A DNA stretch of 64,000 nt from Nannocystis sp. SCPEA4. Lineage in GTDB: Bacteria; Myxococcota_A; Polyangia; Nannocystales; Nannocystaceae. The stretch's first letter is position 1; the number at the start of each line of letters is the position of its first letter. Below, in pieces: positions 30,158-42,393 of this stretch. The stretch is taken from NCBI RefSeq assembly GCF_026626685.1, contig NZ_JAPNJX010000001.1, forward strand, positions 332,752-396,751. Direction: 5' to 3'. Position numbers and translations under genes: made by a program. A model generated the notes under the pieces. That model was not told the DNA's origin. It did no database searches and saw nothing but the letters and a program-made list of their open reading frames with translations.

Positions 30158-31993
30158 TCACTCGCCGCGCCGGAGCCCGTCGACAGGACGCAGCGCCGCC
30201 GCGGCACGCGCGGGGAGCACGCTGGCCAGGCCCACGAGCACGAGCGCGGCGGCAGCGACGAGCGCGACCTCCCACGGATCGACGCGCAGCGGCAGCGCTT
30301 CGAGGGTGAACGCACTGCTGCGCAGGGGGATGCCGTGCTCGCCGAACCACGCGCAGAGGGCCAGACCCGCGGCGATCCCACCGACACAACCGACGCCGCC
30401 GACGATTATTCCCTCGAGCGCGAAGATTCCGGCGATCAGGCGATCACGGGCCCCCATGGCCTTCAGGATGGCGATCTCGGCCGACCGTTCCATGACGCTC
30501 ATCATGTTGGTGGCGAGGATCCCGAACGCGGCGACGAGGATCACGAACAGCAGCGCGACGAACATCGCGACCTTCTCGAGGAACATCGCGGAGAACAGAC
30601 CATGGTGGATCTGGCGCCAGTCCTCGACCACCAGCTCCGGGTCGGCGACGGCGACGACGGCGGCCTTGGCGGCGGCGAGCGCCTCGGGGTCGCCGAGACG
30701 GACGGCGATCGAGGTGACCGCGCCCGGCGCCCGCAGGAACGCCTGGGCGTCGGTCAGCGGGACGTAGGCGTAGTCGCGATCGTCGTCGTAGACGCCGGTG
30801 GCGTAGACGCCGGCGACCCGGGCCTGCAGGACGCCGGGCACCAGCCCCGCGGGGGTCATGCGGCCCTCCGGGGTGATGAGCTGCACCGGGTCGCCGGCGC
30901 TGACGCTGAGCTCGGCCGCGAGCTCGATGCCCAGCAGCACCGGCACGGTCCGCGGCTCGTCCGCCGCCGGACTCTCGGGCTCGGCCGCCTCCGCGGGCTC
31001 CTCGGCCGGCGGCTCCTCCTCGACCACGGGCGGCCGGGCAGCGGGGATCTTGCCCTCGGCGCGCAGCCGCGGGATCTCCTGCTCCGGATCTTCCCAGCCG
31101 CCGCCGTCGTCCTCGTCGTCCGCGACGGGTGGCGGCGACACCACCACCGGGGCGCGCGCAGGCGGGATGCTCCCCTCGGCGCGCAGCCGCGGGATCTCCT
31201 GCTCCGGATCCTCCCAGCCGCCGTCGTCGTCCCCGTCGTCGCCGGCCGGCGGATCGACATGGTCTTCGGAACCTGTCTCTTCAGACCTGCCTGGGAGGAC
31301 ATCCGATTCGCGGGGCTCGGGCTCGGGCTCGATCGCGTCCGGCAGCGTGGGGAACGGGCGCTGCGGCAGCAGCGACGGGTCGAGGAAGGCGGTGTAGTCG
31401 CCCTCGACGACCTCGCCGGGCAGGCCCGAGGCGCGCGCGTGCAGGACGGGATCGACGCCGACGAGGTTGACGCCGGCGCGGCCGAAGCCGCTGCGGATCA
31501 TGATCGGGCCGGCGAGCTCGGGGCTGACGCCGACGACCTCGGGCACCGCCTCGACGCGAGCCACCAGCGGCTCGGGGGTCACGATCTCGGAGCCCGGCGG
31601 CGGCGAGATCCGCAGGTGCGCGCGGTGTCCGAGCAAGCGCCGTTGCAGGTCGCCCTCGAGGCCGTCGAGCAGGCTCAGGACCAACACCAGCGCGGCGCAG
31701 CCCTGGGCCACCGAGTAGCCGGTGATCGCCACGAGGAGCGTGAAGCCGCGGATCGTCGCGGCGAAGCTGAGCACGAGCAGGCCGATGAACAGGCCCAAGC
31801 TGCCGAGCACGTAGGCGAGCGTCGGCAGCGGCATCTCGTCGTCGATGAGCGAGACCGGCTGGCCGCGCGACCACAGCACCGCGGCCGCGCCGGCGATCAC
31901 GAGGACGAGCGCGCAGGCGCCGAGCGGGCGAGCCCAGCGCGCTGGCTGGCGGGCTCGCAGGTGCCGCCAGGCCACCCGCAGCGACAGGCTCAT
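30158..31993 (-). CDS. lolE: LolC/LolE-family lipoprotein-release permease (FtsX-like) with an expanded acidic/Pro-rich periplasmic insert
   Basis: N-terminal [12 protein letters not shown] with TM1, a C-terminal FtsX 3-TM bundle ([16 protein letters not shown]...), and the insert [19 protein letters not shown](S/K)IP repeated twice. The start was verified as ATG at 31993, 4 nt into lolC. Confidence 0.8.
   Translation of the reverse strand: MSLSLRVAWRHLRARQPARWARPLGACALVLVIAGAAAVLWSRGQPVSLIDDEMPLPTLAYVLGSLGLFIGLLVLSFAATIRGFTLLVAITGYSVAQGCAALVLVLSLLDGLEGDLQRRLLGHRAHLRISPPPGSEIVTPEPLVARVEAVPEVVGVSPELAGPIMIRSGFGRAGVNLVGVDPVLHARASGLPGEVVEGDYTAFLDPSLLPQRPFPTLPDAIEPEPEPRESDVLPGRSEETGSEDHVDPPAGDDGDDDGGWEDPEQEIPRLRAEGSIPPARAPVVVSPPPVADDEDDGGGWEDPEQEIPRLRAEGKIPAARPPVVEEEPPAEEPAEAAEPESPAADEPRTVPVLLGIELAAELSVSAGDPVQLITPEGRMTPAGLVPGVLQARVAGVYATGVYDDDRDYAYVPLTDAQAFLRAPGAVTSIAVRLGDPEALAAAKAAVVAVADPELVVEDWRQIHHGLFSAMFLEKVAMFVALLFVILVAAFGILATNMMSVMERSAEIAILKAMGARDRLIAGIFALEGIIVGGVGCVGGIAAGLALCAWFGEHGIPLRSSAFTLEALPLRVDPWEVALVAAAALVLVGLASVLPARAAAALRPVDGLRRGE
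31045..31270. repeat. Near-identical ~118-bp tandem duplication inside lolE, encoding the two ...[25 protein letters not shown]... segments
   Basis: The unit CTCGGCGCGCAGCCGCGGGATCTCCTGCTCCGGATC(T/C)TCCCAGCCGCCG... occurs at about 31055 and about 31173 with only a few mismatches. Confidence 0.7.
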
Positions 31994-34041
31994 CGCTCCG
32001 CCTGCCGGAGGGCGTCGACCGGGCGCATGCGCGAGGCGATCCGCGCCGGGTAGAGGCTCGACAGCCAGACGATGACGAGCGACGACACGCCGACCAGGAC
32101 GACCTCGAACCCGTCGATGAAGACGGGCAGCTGCTCGAAGCTCTGCAGCGTGCCGCCGAGCGGCAGGCCGAAACGGTCGAGGAGGCCGCACAGGCCGATG
32201 CCGGTGACGATGCCGAGGATCCCGCCGAGGATCCCGAGGCACAGGCCCTCGGAGATGAAGATCCGCTGGATGAGCGCGTCGGTGCAGCCCATCGTCTTGA
32301 GGATCGCTATCTCCTTCGACTTCTCGAGCACGCTCATGAGGTTGGAGCCGAGGATCCCGAACGAGGCGACCAGGATCACGCACAGCAGCGCGACGAACAC
32401 GGCGATCTTCTCGAGCGCCATCGCCGAGAACAGGCTGCGGTTCAGCTCCTGCCAGTCCTGGACGATGAGGTCGCTGCGCCCTGCGGCGTCGACCGCGTCC
32501 TGAACCGCCTGCTTGCGCACGTCGAGCTGCTCGATGTCGTCGACCTTGACCTCGAGGCCGGTGACGCGGTCGCCGGCGCGCAGGAACGCCTGGGCGACCG
32601 GCAGCGAGGCGTACACGAGCCAGCGGTCGTAGTCGTAGTGGTCGGCGTCGAACACCCCGGCGACGCGCACGGCCATGACGCCGGGGATCCGGCCGGCCGG
32701 AGTCATGCGCCCGATCGGGGTGATCAGCTGGACCTGATCGCCGGTGCGGGCAGCCAGCTCCTTGGCCTTCTCGCTGCCGATCAAGAGGCCGTCGACCAGC
32801 GCGCGGCTCGACCCCGGTTCCTCGGTGTCGACGTCGACCGCGGGCTCCGGCGGCGGCGGCGGCGTCGCCTCGCTCGGCTTCGGCGGCGGCAACTTGCCGG
32901 ACGCGCGCAGCTTGCCGATCTCGACCTCCGGGTCCTCCCAGCCCTCGTCCTCGTCGCCGCTGGCGACCACGCCGAACGGGCTGCGCGGGATGGTCGGGAT
33001 CGCGGTGGCCGGCGAGGTCGGGACGGCGGGCGGCTTGTCCTCGATCACCGGCTTGGCCGCCGGGATCACGCCCTTCTTTCGCAGCGCCGGGATCTCGACC
33101 TCGGGGTCCTCCCAGCCGCCGTCGGGGTCGTCGTCGACGGCCTGGCTCGGGATGTCCTCGGGGACATGGTCTTCAGAACCTGTCGGAAGAGGCAGGCCCG
33201 TGGCGCCGCCGCCCTTGTCGTCGGGGGCCGCGTCCGGCTCGTCGCTCTTCGGCGGCTCGACCGGCGTGATGTCGAAGCCGAACTCCGACTCGGGGATCCG
33301 CTCGGGGTGCGAGAGGAACTCGTAGTCGCCCTCGCGCATGATGTCGGGCAGGTTCGACACGCTGCGGTGCAGCTCGGGGTCGATGCCGAGGAGGATCCCG
33401 CCCTGGCGCTGGAAGCCGCTGCGGACCATCACCTCGCCCTGCAGGTAGGGGCTGGCGCCGAGGATCCCGGGTTTGTCGGCGATCGCGTGGGCGAGGTCGC
33501 GGTAGTCGGCGAACGGGCGCCCGTCGGCCGCGCTGACGCGGATGTGCGCGCGCTGGCCGAGGATCTTGTCGCGCAGCTCGAGCTCGAGGCCGGTCATCAG
33601 GCTGAGCACGACGACCAGCGCCATGCAGCCGAGCATGACGCTGACGGTGATGACGGTGGCCAGCAGCGTGAACACCAGCGACAGCACGGCGCCGAGCAGC
33701 AGGCCCGCGCCGAGCAACAGGGTGATCGCGCCGAGGACCCCGAAGTACGCCTGCGCCGGCGGCGGCAGGTGCAACGTCGGGTCGAAGCCGAGACCGACGA
33801 GGCTCGAGTCGAGCGCGACGCGCTCGGGCAGGCTCGGATCGACCGGCGCGAAGCCGTAGAGGGCGTACAGCACGAAGCCGCCGCCGACGATCAGGAGATA
33901 GACGGCGAGGCCGACGGCCGGCCAGGCCCAGCTCGGCGGGCGATCGCCGGCCCGCAGGTGCCGCCACGCGATCTGCCAGTGGAGGCTCGGGGGAGCCTCC
34001 GCCCTGGGCGGCGCGGCGGGGCGGGCGGCGTTGCGACTCAC
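31990..34041 (-). CDS. lolC: LolC/LolE-family lipoprotein-release permease with an expanded periplasmic insert
   Basis: HWQIAWRHLRAG N-terminus and a C-terminal FtsX domain. The insert carries (D/E)GGWEDPEVEI..L(R/K)..G.IP motifs twice. The GTG start at 34041 overlaps the prfB stop. Confidence 0.8.
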   Translation of the reverse strand: MSRNAARPAAPPRAEAPPSLHWQIAWRHLRAGDRPPSWAWPAVGLAVYLLIVGGGFVLYALYGFAPVDPSLPERVALDSSLVGLGFDPTLHLPPPAQAYFGVLGAITLLLGAGLLLGAVLSLVFTLLATVITVSVMLGCMALVVVLSLMTGLELELRDKILGQRAHIRVSAADGRPFADYRDLAHAIADKPGILGASPYLQGEVMVRSGFQRQGGILLGIDPELHRSVSNLPDIMREGDYEFLSHPERIPESEFGFDITPVEPPKSDEPDAAPDDKGGGATGLPLPTGSEDHVPEDIPSQAVDDDPDGGWEDPEVEIPALRKKGVIPAAKPVIEDKPPAVPTSPATAIPTIPRSPFGVVASGDEDEGWEDPEVEIGKLRASGKLPPPKPSEATPPPPPEPAVDVDTEEPGSSRALVDGLLIGSEKAKELAARTGDQVQLITPIGRMTPAGRIPGVMAVRVAGVFDADHYDYDRWLVYASLPVAQAFLRAGDRVTGLEVKVDDIEQLDVRKQAVQDAVDAAGRSDLIVQDWQELNRSLFSAMALEKIAVFVALLCVILVASFGILGSNLMSVLEKSKEIAILKTMGCTDALIQRIFISEGLCLGILGGILGIVTGIGLCGLLDRFGLPLGGTLQSFEQLPVFIDGFEVVLVGVSSLVIVWLSSLYPARIASRMRPVDALRQAER

Positions 34042-35187
34042 GACGGCGCTTCCGCGGGCGACTGCGACTGTTGCAGCAGGTAGGCCTCGATGAACTCGTC
34101 GAGGTCACCGTCGAGGACGGCGTGCACGGCCGAGCTCTTGAGCTCGGTGCGGTGGTCGTTGACCTGCTGGTACGGCTGCAGCACGTACGAGCGGATCTGG
34201 CTGCCCCACTCGATCTTCTTGCGCTCACCCTGCAGGGTCTCGCGCTCGGCCTCGCGGCGCTGCTGCTCGAGGTCCCACAGCTTGGCCTTCAGCATGCGCA
34301 TCGCCGTGGCCTTGTTCTTGTGCTGCGAGCGCTCGACCTGGCAGGCGACGACGATGCCGGACGGCAAGTGGCGCAGGCGCACCGCCGAGTCGGTCTTGTT
34401 GACGTGCTGACCGCCGGCGCCGCTCGAGCGGAAGGTGTCGACCTCGAGGTCGGCCTCGTTGACCTCGATGTCGAAGTCCTCGTCGCCGAGATCGGGCAGC
34501 GCCATGACGCTGGCGAAGCTGGTCTGACGGCGCGCGTTGGCGTCGAACGGCGAGATCCGGACCAGCCGGTGCACGCCGATCTCCGAGCGCAGGTAGCCGT
34601 AGGCGAACTCGCCGGTGATGGCGAGCTCGGCGCTGCGGATGCCGGCCTGCTCGGCGTCCTGGACGTCGAGCACCTCGACCTTGAAGCCGTGGCGCTCGGC
34701 CCAGCGCATGTACATGCGCATCAGCATCTGCGCCCAGTCCTGGCTGTCGACTCCGCCGGCGCCGGCGTTGATGCTGAGCAGCACGCCCTTCTCGTCGTGC
34801 TGCCCCGACAACATGCGGCGGAACTCCATCTTGCCGACACGCGCGTCGAGCGACTCGAGCGCCGACCAGGCGTCGCGGATGGTGGCGTCGTCGCCCTCCT
34901 CGCGCCCGAGCTCGTACAGCGTCTGCGCGTCGTCGTAGCGGGTCTTGGCCTCGTCGAGGTCGCCGATGACCTTCTTCAGCGTCGACTGCTCGCGCAGCAC
35001 GTCCTGCGCGCGATCGGCGTTGGCCCAGAACGCCGGGTCGGCGGTCTGCGCGTCGAGCTCCTCTAACTTCTCACGCTTGCCGTCGTAGTCAAAGATGCCT
35101 CCGCAGCTCGTTCAGGCGGTGCGCCAGGCGGGCGAGCTGCTCGGTGACCTTGTTGTGCTCGGGGAGGATGCTCGTTGCGTCGTTCAT
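34038..35187 (-). CDS. prfB: peptide chain release factor 2, expressed through a programmed +1 ribosomal frameshift
   Basis: ATG at 35187 gives MNDATSILPEHNKVTEQLARLAHRLNELRRHL in frame 0, then CTT TGA C (35094-35088). The +1 frame continues DYDGKREKLEELD...VLREQSTLKK through to GGQ (SSGAGGQHVNKT). The ORF track shows only the +1 part, 34038..35000. Confidence 0.85.
35088..35097 (-). other. RF2 autoregulatory frameshift site: AGG cat CTT TGA C (SD-like, slippery CTT, in-frame UGA)
   Basis: Read directly on the minus strand. This is the canonical prfB recoding signal. Confidence 0.85.
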
Positions 35188-35203
35188 GATGCAGCACCAG
35201 TGC

Positions 35204-36592
<1,389 letters not shown>

Positions 36593-36678
36593 GGCGCGCG
36601 AAGCGTAGCAGCACGCAACCAGCGAGGCCGGGCGGCGCCACCGCCGAAGTCGTGAGCCGACGCGCGGACAGCTGCTCG

Positions 36679-37080
36679 CTAACCGGCGACCGCGCGCGTG
36701 ACCAACATCTGCAGCAGCGTCAGACCGATCGCCGCCCACAGCGCCGTGCGCCAGCGGACGAAGCGGACCCCGTCGACCAGGTTCTCGGTGATGATGAGCA
36801 GGATCGCGTTGACGAACGCCTGGACCAAAAAGGCGCCCAGCGGGCCGCTGATCAAGATCGGGAAGAAGAACACCAGCGACAGCAGGAAGAACAGCACCTT
36901 GCCGAGCACGGCGCTGAGGAACCCGCAGATCACGGCGGCTTTGAAGGCGCTCCACAGGTCACGCACCATCATCCCCGGCAGGAGCGCCGAGCAGACGATC
37001 AGGCCGAAGGTGAACGCGAGGCAGGAAGCGACGAGCGACGTCATCGCCGCCAGCGTGACCCGCCCGCCTCCGGTTTGCAA
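36679..37080 (-). CDS. DUF360 / phage-holin-family-4-like small membrane protein
   Basis: A 133-aa protein with four predicted transmembrane helices ([34 protein letters not shown]), inserted between purC and purF. Confidence 0.5.
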   Translation of the reverse strand: MQTGGGRVTLAAMTSLVASCLAFTFGLIVCSALLPGMMVRDLWSAFKAAVICGFLSAVLGKVLFFLLSLVFFFPILISGPLGAFLVQAFVNAILLIITENLVDGVRFVRWRTALWAAIGLTLLQMLVTRAVAG

Positions 37081-37091
37081 GGCTCGCCGCT

Positions 37092-38084
37092 TCAGCGCGG
37101 CGGCAGGCCGAGGTTCCGCCGCAGGCGCGCGACCGGCGGTTCGACGTCGGGCTCGAAGGTCCGCCCGGTGATGAGCTCGTGGACCTCGATGTAGCGCCGC
37201 GCCGCTTCCGCGCGGATCTCGTCAGGCAACACCGGCGGCGGACCCTCGCCGCGGAAGCCCTGCGAGACCAGCCAGCGCCGCAGGTACTCCTTGTCGAGGC
37301 TGCGCGGATCCTCGCTGCGGGCCATCGCCTGCGCATAGCTGTCGGCGTACCAGTAGCGCGAGCTGTCGGGGGTGTGGATCTCGTCGATGAGCACGATCTC
37401 GCCGTCGGGTCGGACGCCGAGCTCGTACTTGGTGTCGACGAGGATGAGCCCGCGCTCGCCGGCGATCTTCTGCCCGGCGGCGAACAGCGCCAGGCAGCGG
37501 CGCTCGAGCACGTCGTAGCGCTCGCGGTCGATGAGGCCGCGCTCGACCAGCCAGTCGCGGCTGACGCTGATGTCGTGCTGACCCTTGGGCGCCTTGGTCG
37601 AGGGCGTCAGCAGGCTCTCCGGCAGCTTGTCGTGGCGGCGCAGGCCGTCGGGCAAGGCGTGGCCGCAGAAGCTCCGCTCGCCGCGCTCGTAAGCGCGGGC
37701 GATGCTGGTGTCGCTGACGCCGGTGAGGTAGCCCCGGACCACGAACTCGACCGGGATCGGCGTGCACTCGACCGCCCGCATGGCCTGAGGGTCAGGTACG
37801 CCGAGCATGTGATTGGGGAAGATCGCGGCGGTGGCGTCGAACCAGAAGCGCGCGAGGCCGTTGAGCACCTGGCCCTTGAACGGGATGGTGCCGAGCACGA
37901 CGTCGAAGGCGCTGACGCGGTCGGTGACGAGGATCAGGCGCTCGCCGCCGCGCGTGAAGTTCTCGCGGACCTTGCCGCTGTAGCGCGCGCCGAGGACGTC
38001 GAAATCGTCCGGCAACGCGTCGAGGGTGCCGCCCGGCGCCAGCGCGCGCCGCATCTCGGGGGACGTGGAGTCGGTGACCGCCAT
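37092..38084 (-). CDS. purC: phosphoribosylaminoimidazole-succinocarboxamide synthase (long form)
   Basis: SAICAR synthetase motifs YSGKVRE..., [12 protein letters not shown] and LVDTKYELG. Confidence 0.9.
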   Translation of the reverse strand: MAVTDSTSPEMRRALAPGGTLDALPDDFDVLGARYSGKVRENFTRGGERLILVTDRVSAFDVVLGTIPFKGQVLNGLARFWFDATAAIFPNHMLGVPDPQAMRAVECTPIPVEFVVRGYLTGVSDTSIARAYERGERSFCGHALPDGLRRHDKLPESLLTPSTKAPKGQHDISVSRDWLVERGLIDRERYDVLERRCLALFAAGQKIAGERGLILVDTKYELGVRPDGEIVLIDEIHTPDSSRYWYADSYAQAMARSEDPRSLDKEYLRRWLVSQGFRGEGPPPVLPDEIRAEAARRYIEVHELITGRTFEPDVEPPVARLRRNLGLPPR

Positions 38085-38127
38085 GCGGCGCGGACCATAC
38101 CCGGACCGCGCCGCGCGGGGGGCGCGC

Positions 38128-39687
38128 TCAGGTGAACGCCCACGCCAGGACGACGGCGAGCAGCAGCGCGGCGATCACCAGCCAGAAGCCGCTGTCGGTC
38201 CGCTTCGGCGCGGGAAGCTCCGGCGGCTTGGGCACCGGCGGACGCGACTCGGCGGCCGGCGACGGCAGCGACACGAGCGGCGTGACCGGGGGCTCGGGGG
38301 CCGGCGCCGCAGCTGCCGGCGCTTCCACTTTCTTCTCTTCACGCTCGCGCACATCGGAGCGGCTCGCCGCCGGGATGCTCTCGCTGACGCTCGGCTCGAT
38401 GACGATGTCGGGCCGCGACGGCGAGCCGCGGCGCACGATGCTGTCCTCGGTGAGGACGTGCACGCGGCGCAGCCCGCTGTTGGAGCGCCCCGACGGATCT
38501 TGCGGGTTGGCGAAGCCGCCGGCGCTGACCGCCGCGAAGGTGCCCGAGGGGATCGAGCTCGAGCGCAGCGCCGCCACGCTGTTGGGCCGGATCGAGCCCT
38601 CGCCGAACAGCAGATCTTCGAGGCCCATGACCGGCTGCTCGACCGGCGCCGAGGCGGTGACCTTCGGCGGCTCCCTGACCGAAACGCCAGGTGCCGAAGG
38701 GCCTGTTGGAACGGACAGGGTCTCGAGGACAGGTGGCACCGCGACCGGCGGCGGCGCCAACGGCAGCGGCGCCGAGTTCGACACCGGCGGCTTGGTGTTG
38801 GGCCGCGGCGGCGGAGGCGGCGGCGTGGCCGGGGTGAGATCGATGATCGGCTCGGGCGCGGCCTCGGCGGTGCCGGCGAGCGCGAGCGACTCGAGCCGCC
38901 GCACCAGCTCGGCGCCGCCCTGCGGACGGGCCGACGGGTCGGCGGACAGGCTGGCGCCGATCAGCGCCCACAGGCCGGCCTGCAGCCCCGGCGGCTCGGC
39001 GGCGCGGAGGGCCGCGGCGCCGCGCAGACCGGTGGCGAACTCCATGAGCGCGACGCCCCACGCGTAGGTGTCGGACAGCGGCGTGAAGCCGCCGCCGGCC
39101 AGCACCTCGGGCGCGAGCAACGACTGATCGACGGTGCTCCACCGCCGCTCGAGCTCGGCGCGAGCGCACAGCGGGGCGAACCCGTGCTGGAACGCCGCCG
39201 GGCCGCGCGGACCGACGAACACCGCCTCGCCCGCGAGCATGCCGTGGACGCGGTCGCGGGCGTGCAAGGTCGCGAGGGCGCGCGCGAGCTGACGCGCGAG
39301 CCGCTGCAGCTCGTTGGCGAGGTCCGACGAGCGCGGGCCGTCGTCCATGTCGCGCAGCGCGAACGCCCCCTGCAGCGGGTCGTAACAGACGACCACGCGA
39401 TCGCCGTCTTGACCGACGAACACCTGGGGCACGAGCGAGGAGTCCTGCAGCTCGCCGAGCTCGCCGAGCTCGCGCACGAAGGCGGCGCGGGCCTCGGGCG
39501 TGGGCAACAGCGCAGCGTCGAGGACACAGGCGCGAGCCGGCTCGCCGCTCTGGGTGTCGAGGACCGCGAGCGTGGGGCCGAAGAGCTGCACGCCGGTGTT
39601 GGCGGGCTCCTCGCGCATGAGCTCGAAGCGCCCGCACAACATGGTGTGGGTCTCGTCCGAGTTCGAAGTGCCGGGGCTCAACTCCAT
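38128..39687 (-). CDS. tail-anchored protein with a degenerate Ser/Thr protein-kinase-like domain (probable pseudokinase) and a Pro-rich linker
   Basis: It has a kinase-like fold (APEVLAGGGFTPLSDTYAWGVALMEFATG) but lacks the VAIK lysine (ARACVLD) and a canonical HRD/DFG (LHARDRVHGMLAG). A C-terminal transmembrane helix (FWLVIAALLLAVVLAWAFT) is the last feature. Confidence 0.55.
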   Translation of the reverse strand: MELSPGTSNSDETHTMLCGRFELMREEPANTGVQLFGPTLAVLDTQSGEPARACVLDAALLPTPEARAAFVRELGELGELQDSSLVPQVFVGQDGDRVVVCYDPLQGAFALRDMDDGPRSSDLANELQRLARQLARALATLHARDRVHGMLAGEAVFVGPRGPAAFQHGFAPLCARAELERRWSTVDQSLLAPEVLAGGGFTPLSDTYAWGVALMEFATGLRGAAALRAAEPPGLQAGLWALIGASLSADPSARPQGGAELVRRLESLALAGTAEAAPEPIIDLTPATPPPPPPRPNTKPPVSNSAPLPLAPPPVAVPPVLETLSVPTGPSAPGVSVREPPKVTASAPVEQPVMGLEDLLFGEGSIRPNSVAALRSSSIPSGTFAAVSAGGFANPQDPSGRSNSGLRRVHVLTEDSIVRRGSPSRPDIVIEPSVSESIPAASRSDVREREEKKVEAPAAAAPAPEPPVTPLVSLPSPAAESRPPVPKPPELPAPKRTDSGFWLVIAALLLAVVLAWAFT

Positions 39688-39702
39688 GAGACGCTCCCGC
39701 GG

Positions 39703-40155
39703 CTAGACGCCGGTGCTGCCGAAGCCACCTTCACCCCGCTCGGCCGCCGGCAGGTCGGAGACCTCGACGACTGCGGGAAAGACGACAGGGGCGACCACGA
39801 GCTGAGCGATCCGCTCGCCGTGCGCGACGACGAACGGCGCGGCCCCGAGATTGACCAGGATGACCTTGAGCTCCCCACGGTAGTCGGCGTCGATTGTACC
39901 TGGTGCGTTCACGATCGAGAGCCCGTGCTTCAGGGCCAACCCCGATCGCGGACGCACCTGACCCTCGTGGCCGGCCGGGATAGCGACGGCGACGCCCGTG
40001 GGAATTAAACGGCGTTCCCCGGGCGCCAGCTCGATCGGGCCCGCGGGCAGACAGGCCGCCAGGTCCATTCCGGCCGCTTCTGCGCTCATGCGCGCCGGCA
40101 GCTGGGCGTCAGGATGGACCTTGCGGACCAGCAGCGTCGGCGCGACGTGCGACAT
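39703..40155 (-). CDS. dut: dUTP diphosphatase
   Basis: dUTPase motifs [28 protein letters not shown] and RIAQLV. The ATG at 40155 was verified. Confidence 0.85.
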   Translation of the reverse strand: MSHVAPTLLVRKVHPDAQLPARMSAEAAGMDLAACLPAGPIELAPGERRLIPTGVAVAIPAGHEGQVRPRSGLALKHGLSIVNAPGTIDADYRGELKVILVNLGAAPFVVAHGERIAQLVVAPVVFPAVVEVSDLPAAERGEGGFGSTGV

Positions 40156-40159
40156 TCGC

Positions 40160-42265
40160 TCACCCTCGCAGGTTCTGGACCTCGGAGGGGTCGACCCCGA
40201 AGGCGGCGCGGCGGCTGAGGCGGATCTTGCCGGTGGGATCGACATTGATGACCTTCACCACGACCTCGTCGCCCTCCTGGACCACGTCGGTCACGCGGTC
40301 GACGCGCTTGTCCTCGAGCTCCGAGATGTGGACGAGGCCGTCGGTGCCCGGGAGGATCTCGACGAAGGCGCCGAAGTCGACGATCCGCTTGACCACCCCG
40401 TGGTAGGTCGCGCCCACCTCGGGCTCGGCGATCAGGCCCTCGATGAGCCGCTTGGCCCGCTCGATCTGGGCGATGTCGTTGCTGGCGATCGCCACCCGGC
40501 CCGAGTCCTCGATGTTGATGACGCAGCCGGTCTGCTCGATGATCGCGCGGATCGTCTTGCCGCCGGGGCCGATGACCTCGCGGATCTTGTCGACCTTGAC
40601 CTGCATCGTGACGATGCGCGGCGCGTGCTTGCTGATGTCGGCGCGCGGCTCGGCGAGCACCTCGAGCATCTTGCCGAGGATGTGCAGCCGGGACTCGCGC
40701 GCCTGGTCGAGCGCGGCCTCGAGGATCTGACGCGTCAGGCCCTCGATCTTGATGTCCATCTGCAGCGCGGTGATGCCGGTCTTGGTGCCGGTCACCTTGA
40801 AGTCCATGTCGCCGAGGTGATCCTCGTCGCCGAGGATGTCGGAGAGGATGGCGATCTCGCCGCCCTCCTGCATCAGGCCCATGGCGACGCCGGCGACCGG
40901 CGCCTTGATCGGCACGCCGGCGTCCATCATCGCCAGGCAGCCGCCGCACACCGCCGCCATCGACGACGAGCCGTTCGACTCGAGCGTCTCGCTGACGATC
41001 CGGATGGTGTACGGGAACTTCTCGTGCGCCGGCAGGACGTACTTCAGCGCCCGCTCGGCCAGCGCGCCGTGGCCGACCTCGCGCCGCGACTGGCCGCGGA
41101 TCGGCTTGGCCTCGCCGGTGCAGAACGGGAGGAAGTTGTAGTGCAGCATGAAGCTGCGCGTGACGTCGCCGCGGATGGTGTCGAGCCGCTGCGCGTCGCT
41201 CTCGGTGCCGAGAGTGACGGTCGCCAGCGCCTGCGTCTCGCCGCGCTGGAACAGCGCCGAGCCGTGCGGCCGCGGGAACGGGTGGGCCTCGATGTAGATC
41301 GGGCGCACGTCGCGAGTGCCGCGGCCGTCGAGCCGGCGGCCCTCCTTGATCACGCGGCTGCGCACGACCTTCTTCTCGAGCTTGCCGAGCGCCGCGAACA
41401 CCTCGGAGGTGCGCTCGGGGTGGCTGGCGGCGAAGCGCTCGATCACCTTCTTGTTGGCGGCCGCGAGCGCGTCGCGGCGCTCGTGCTTGCCGGTGATCGA
41501 GAACGCGGCCCGCACGTCGGCGTCGGCCGCGGCCATGACCTCGGCGCGGAACGCCTCGTCGACGGTCGGCTCGACGTGCACGCGCTTGGGCTTGCCGGAG
41601 TGCTCGCGCAGGCGCTCCTGCGCCTCGAGCAGCGGCTGCGCCGACTCGTGCGCGAACATGAGGGCGTCGATCATGTCCTTCTCGGGGATCTGATCGCCGC
41701 CGCCCTCGACCATCACGATCGCGTCGCGGCTGGCCGCGACGACGAGCAGGATGTCGGCGACCTTCATCTGGTCCCACGACGGGAACGCGACCAGCTTGCC
41801 CTGCACACGCGCGACGCGGACGCCGGCGATCGGCCCGGCCCACGGCGCGTCGCTGATGTGCAGCGCCGCCGAGGCGCCGGTGATCGCCAGGATATCGGGC
41901 TCGTGCACCTTGTCGTGCGACAGCACGGTGGCGATGATCTGGGTGTCGCTGCGATAGCTCTTGGGGAAGAGCGGCCGGATCGGCCGATCGATGAAGCGAC
42001 AGGTCAAGGTCTCCCACTCGGTGGGGCGACCTTCACGCTTGAAATAACCGCCGGGGATCTTGCCGGCAGCGGCGGGGTACTCGCGGTACTCGCAGGTGAG
42101 CGGGAGGAACGGAAGATCCTTCGGCTCCTTGCTGCTGACCGCCGTGACGAGCACGGCTGTCTCGCCGCAGCGCACGACGACGGCGCTGGACTGCTTGGCG
42201 AGCTTGCCGGTCTCGATGCTGATCTGGACCTCGCCGACGGCGCAGGTCTCGGTGATGACGTTCAT
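40160..42265 (-). CDS. pnp: polynucleotide phosphorylase
   Basis: Two RNase PH domains, a KH domain and an S1 domain ([20 protein letters not shown]). The ATG at 42265 was verified ([11 protein letters not shown]). Confidence 0.9.
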   Translation of the reverse strand: MNVITETCAVGEVQISIETGKLAKQSSAVVVRCGETAVLVTAVSSKEPKDLPFLPLTCEYREYPAAAGKIPGGYFKREGRPTEWETLTCRFIDRPIRPLFPKSYRSDTQIIATVLSHDKVHEPDILAITGASAALHISDAPWAGPIAGVRVARVQGKLVAFPSWDQMKVADILLVVAASRDAIVMVEGGGDQIPEKDMIDALMFAHESAQPLLEAQERLREHSGKPKRVHVEPTVDEAFRAEVMAAADADVRAAFSITGKHERRDALAAANKKVIERFAASHPERTSEVFAALGKLEKKVVRSRVIKEGRRLDGRGTRDVRPIYIEAHPFPRPHGSALFQRGETQALATVTLGTESDAQRLDTIRGDVTRSFMLHYNFLPFCTGEAKPIRGQSRREVGHGALAERALKYVLPAHEKFPYTIRIVSETLESNGSSSMAAVCGGCLAMMDAGVPIKAPVAGVAMGLMQEGGEIAILSDILGDEDHLGDMDFKVTGTKTGITALQMDIKIEGLTRQILEAALDQARESRLHILGKMLEVLAEPRADISKHAPRIVTMQVKVDKIREVIGPGGKTIRAIIEQTGCVINIEDSGRVAIASNDIAQIERAKRLIEGLIAEPEVGATYHGVVKRIVDFGAFVEILPGTDGLVHISELEDKRVDRVTDVVQEGDEVVVKVINVDPTGKIRLSRRAAFGVDPSEVQNLRG

Positions 42266-42393
42266 TGGGGGAAACTTTCCGCCGTGGACTCGAAATCTTT
42301 GTCCCGCCCGTCGGGGCGTCGGACGTGTCGCGCCCGCGCCGGCGTTCCGGCGCGTTCCCACGGCCGATCAGCGCGGCTGACCTGCGCGGGCGC

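Noticed and set aside
36593-36955. N-terminal 121-residue extension of the purF ORF (start at 36955)
   Set aside because: PurF must begin with Met-Cys (catalytic Cys2 after Met removal). The extension is low-complexity and overlaps the DUF360 gene region.
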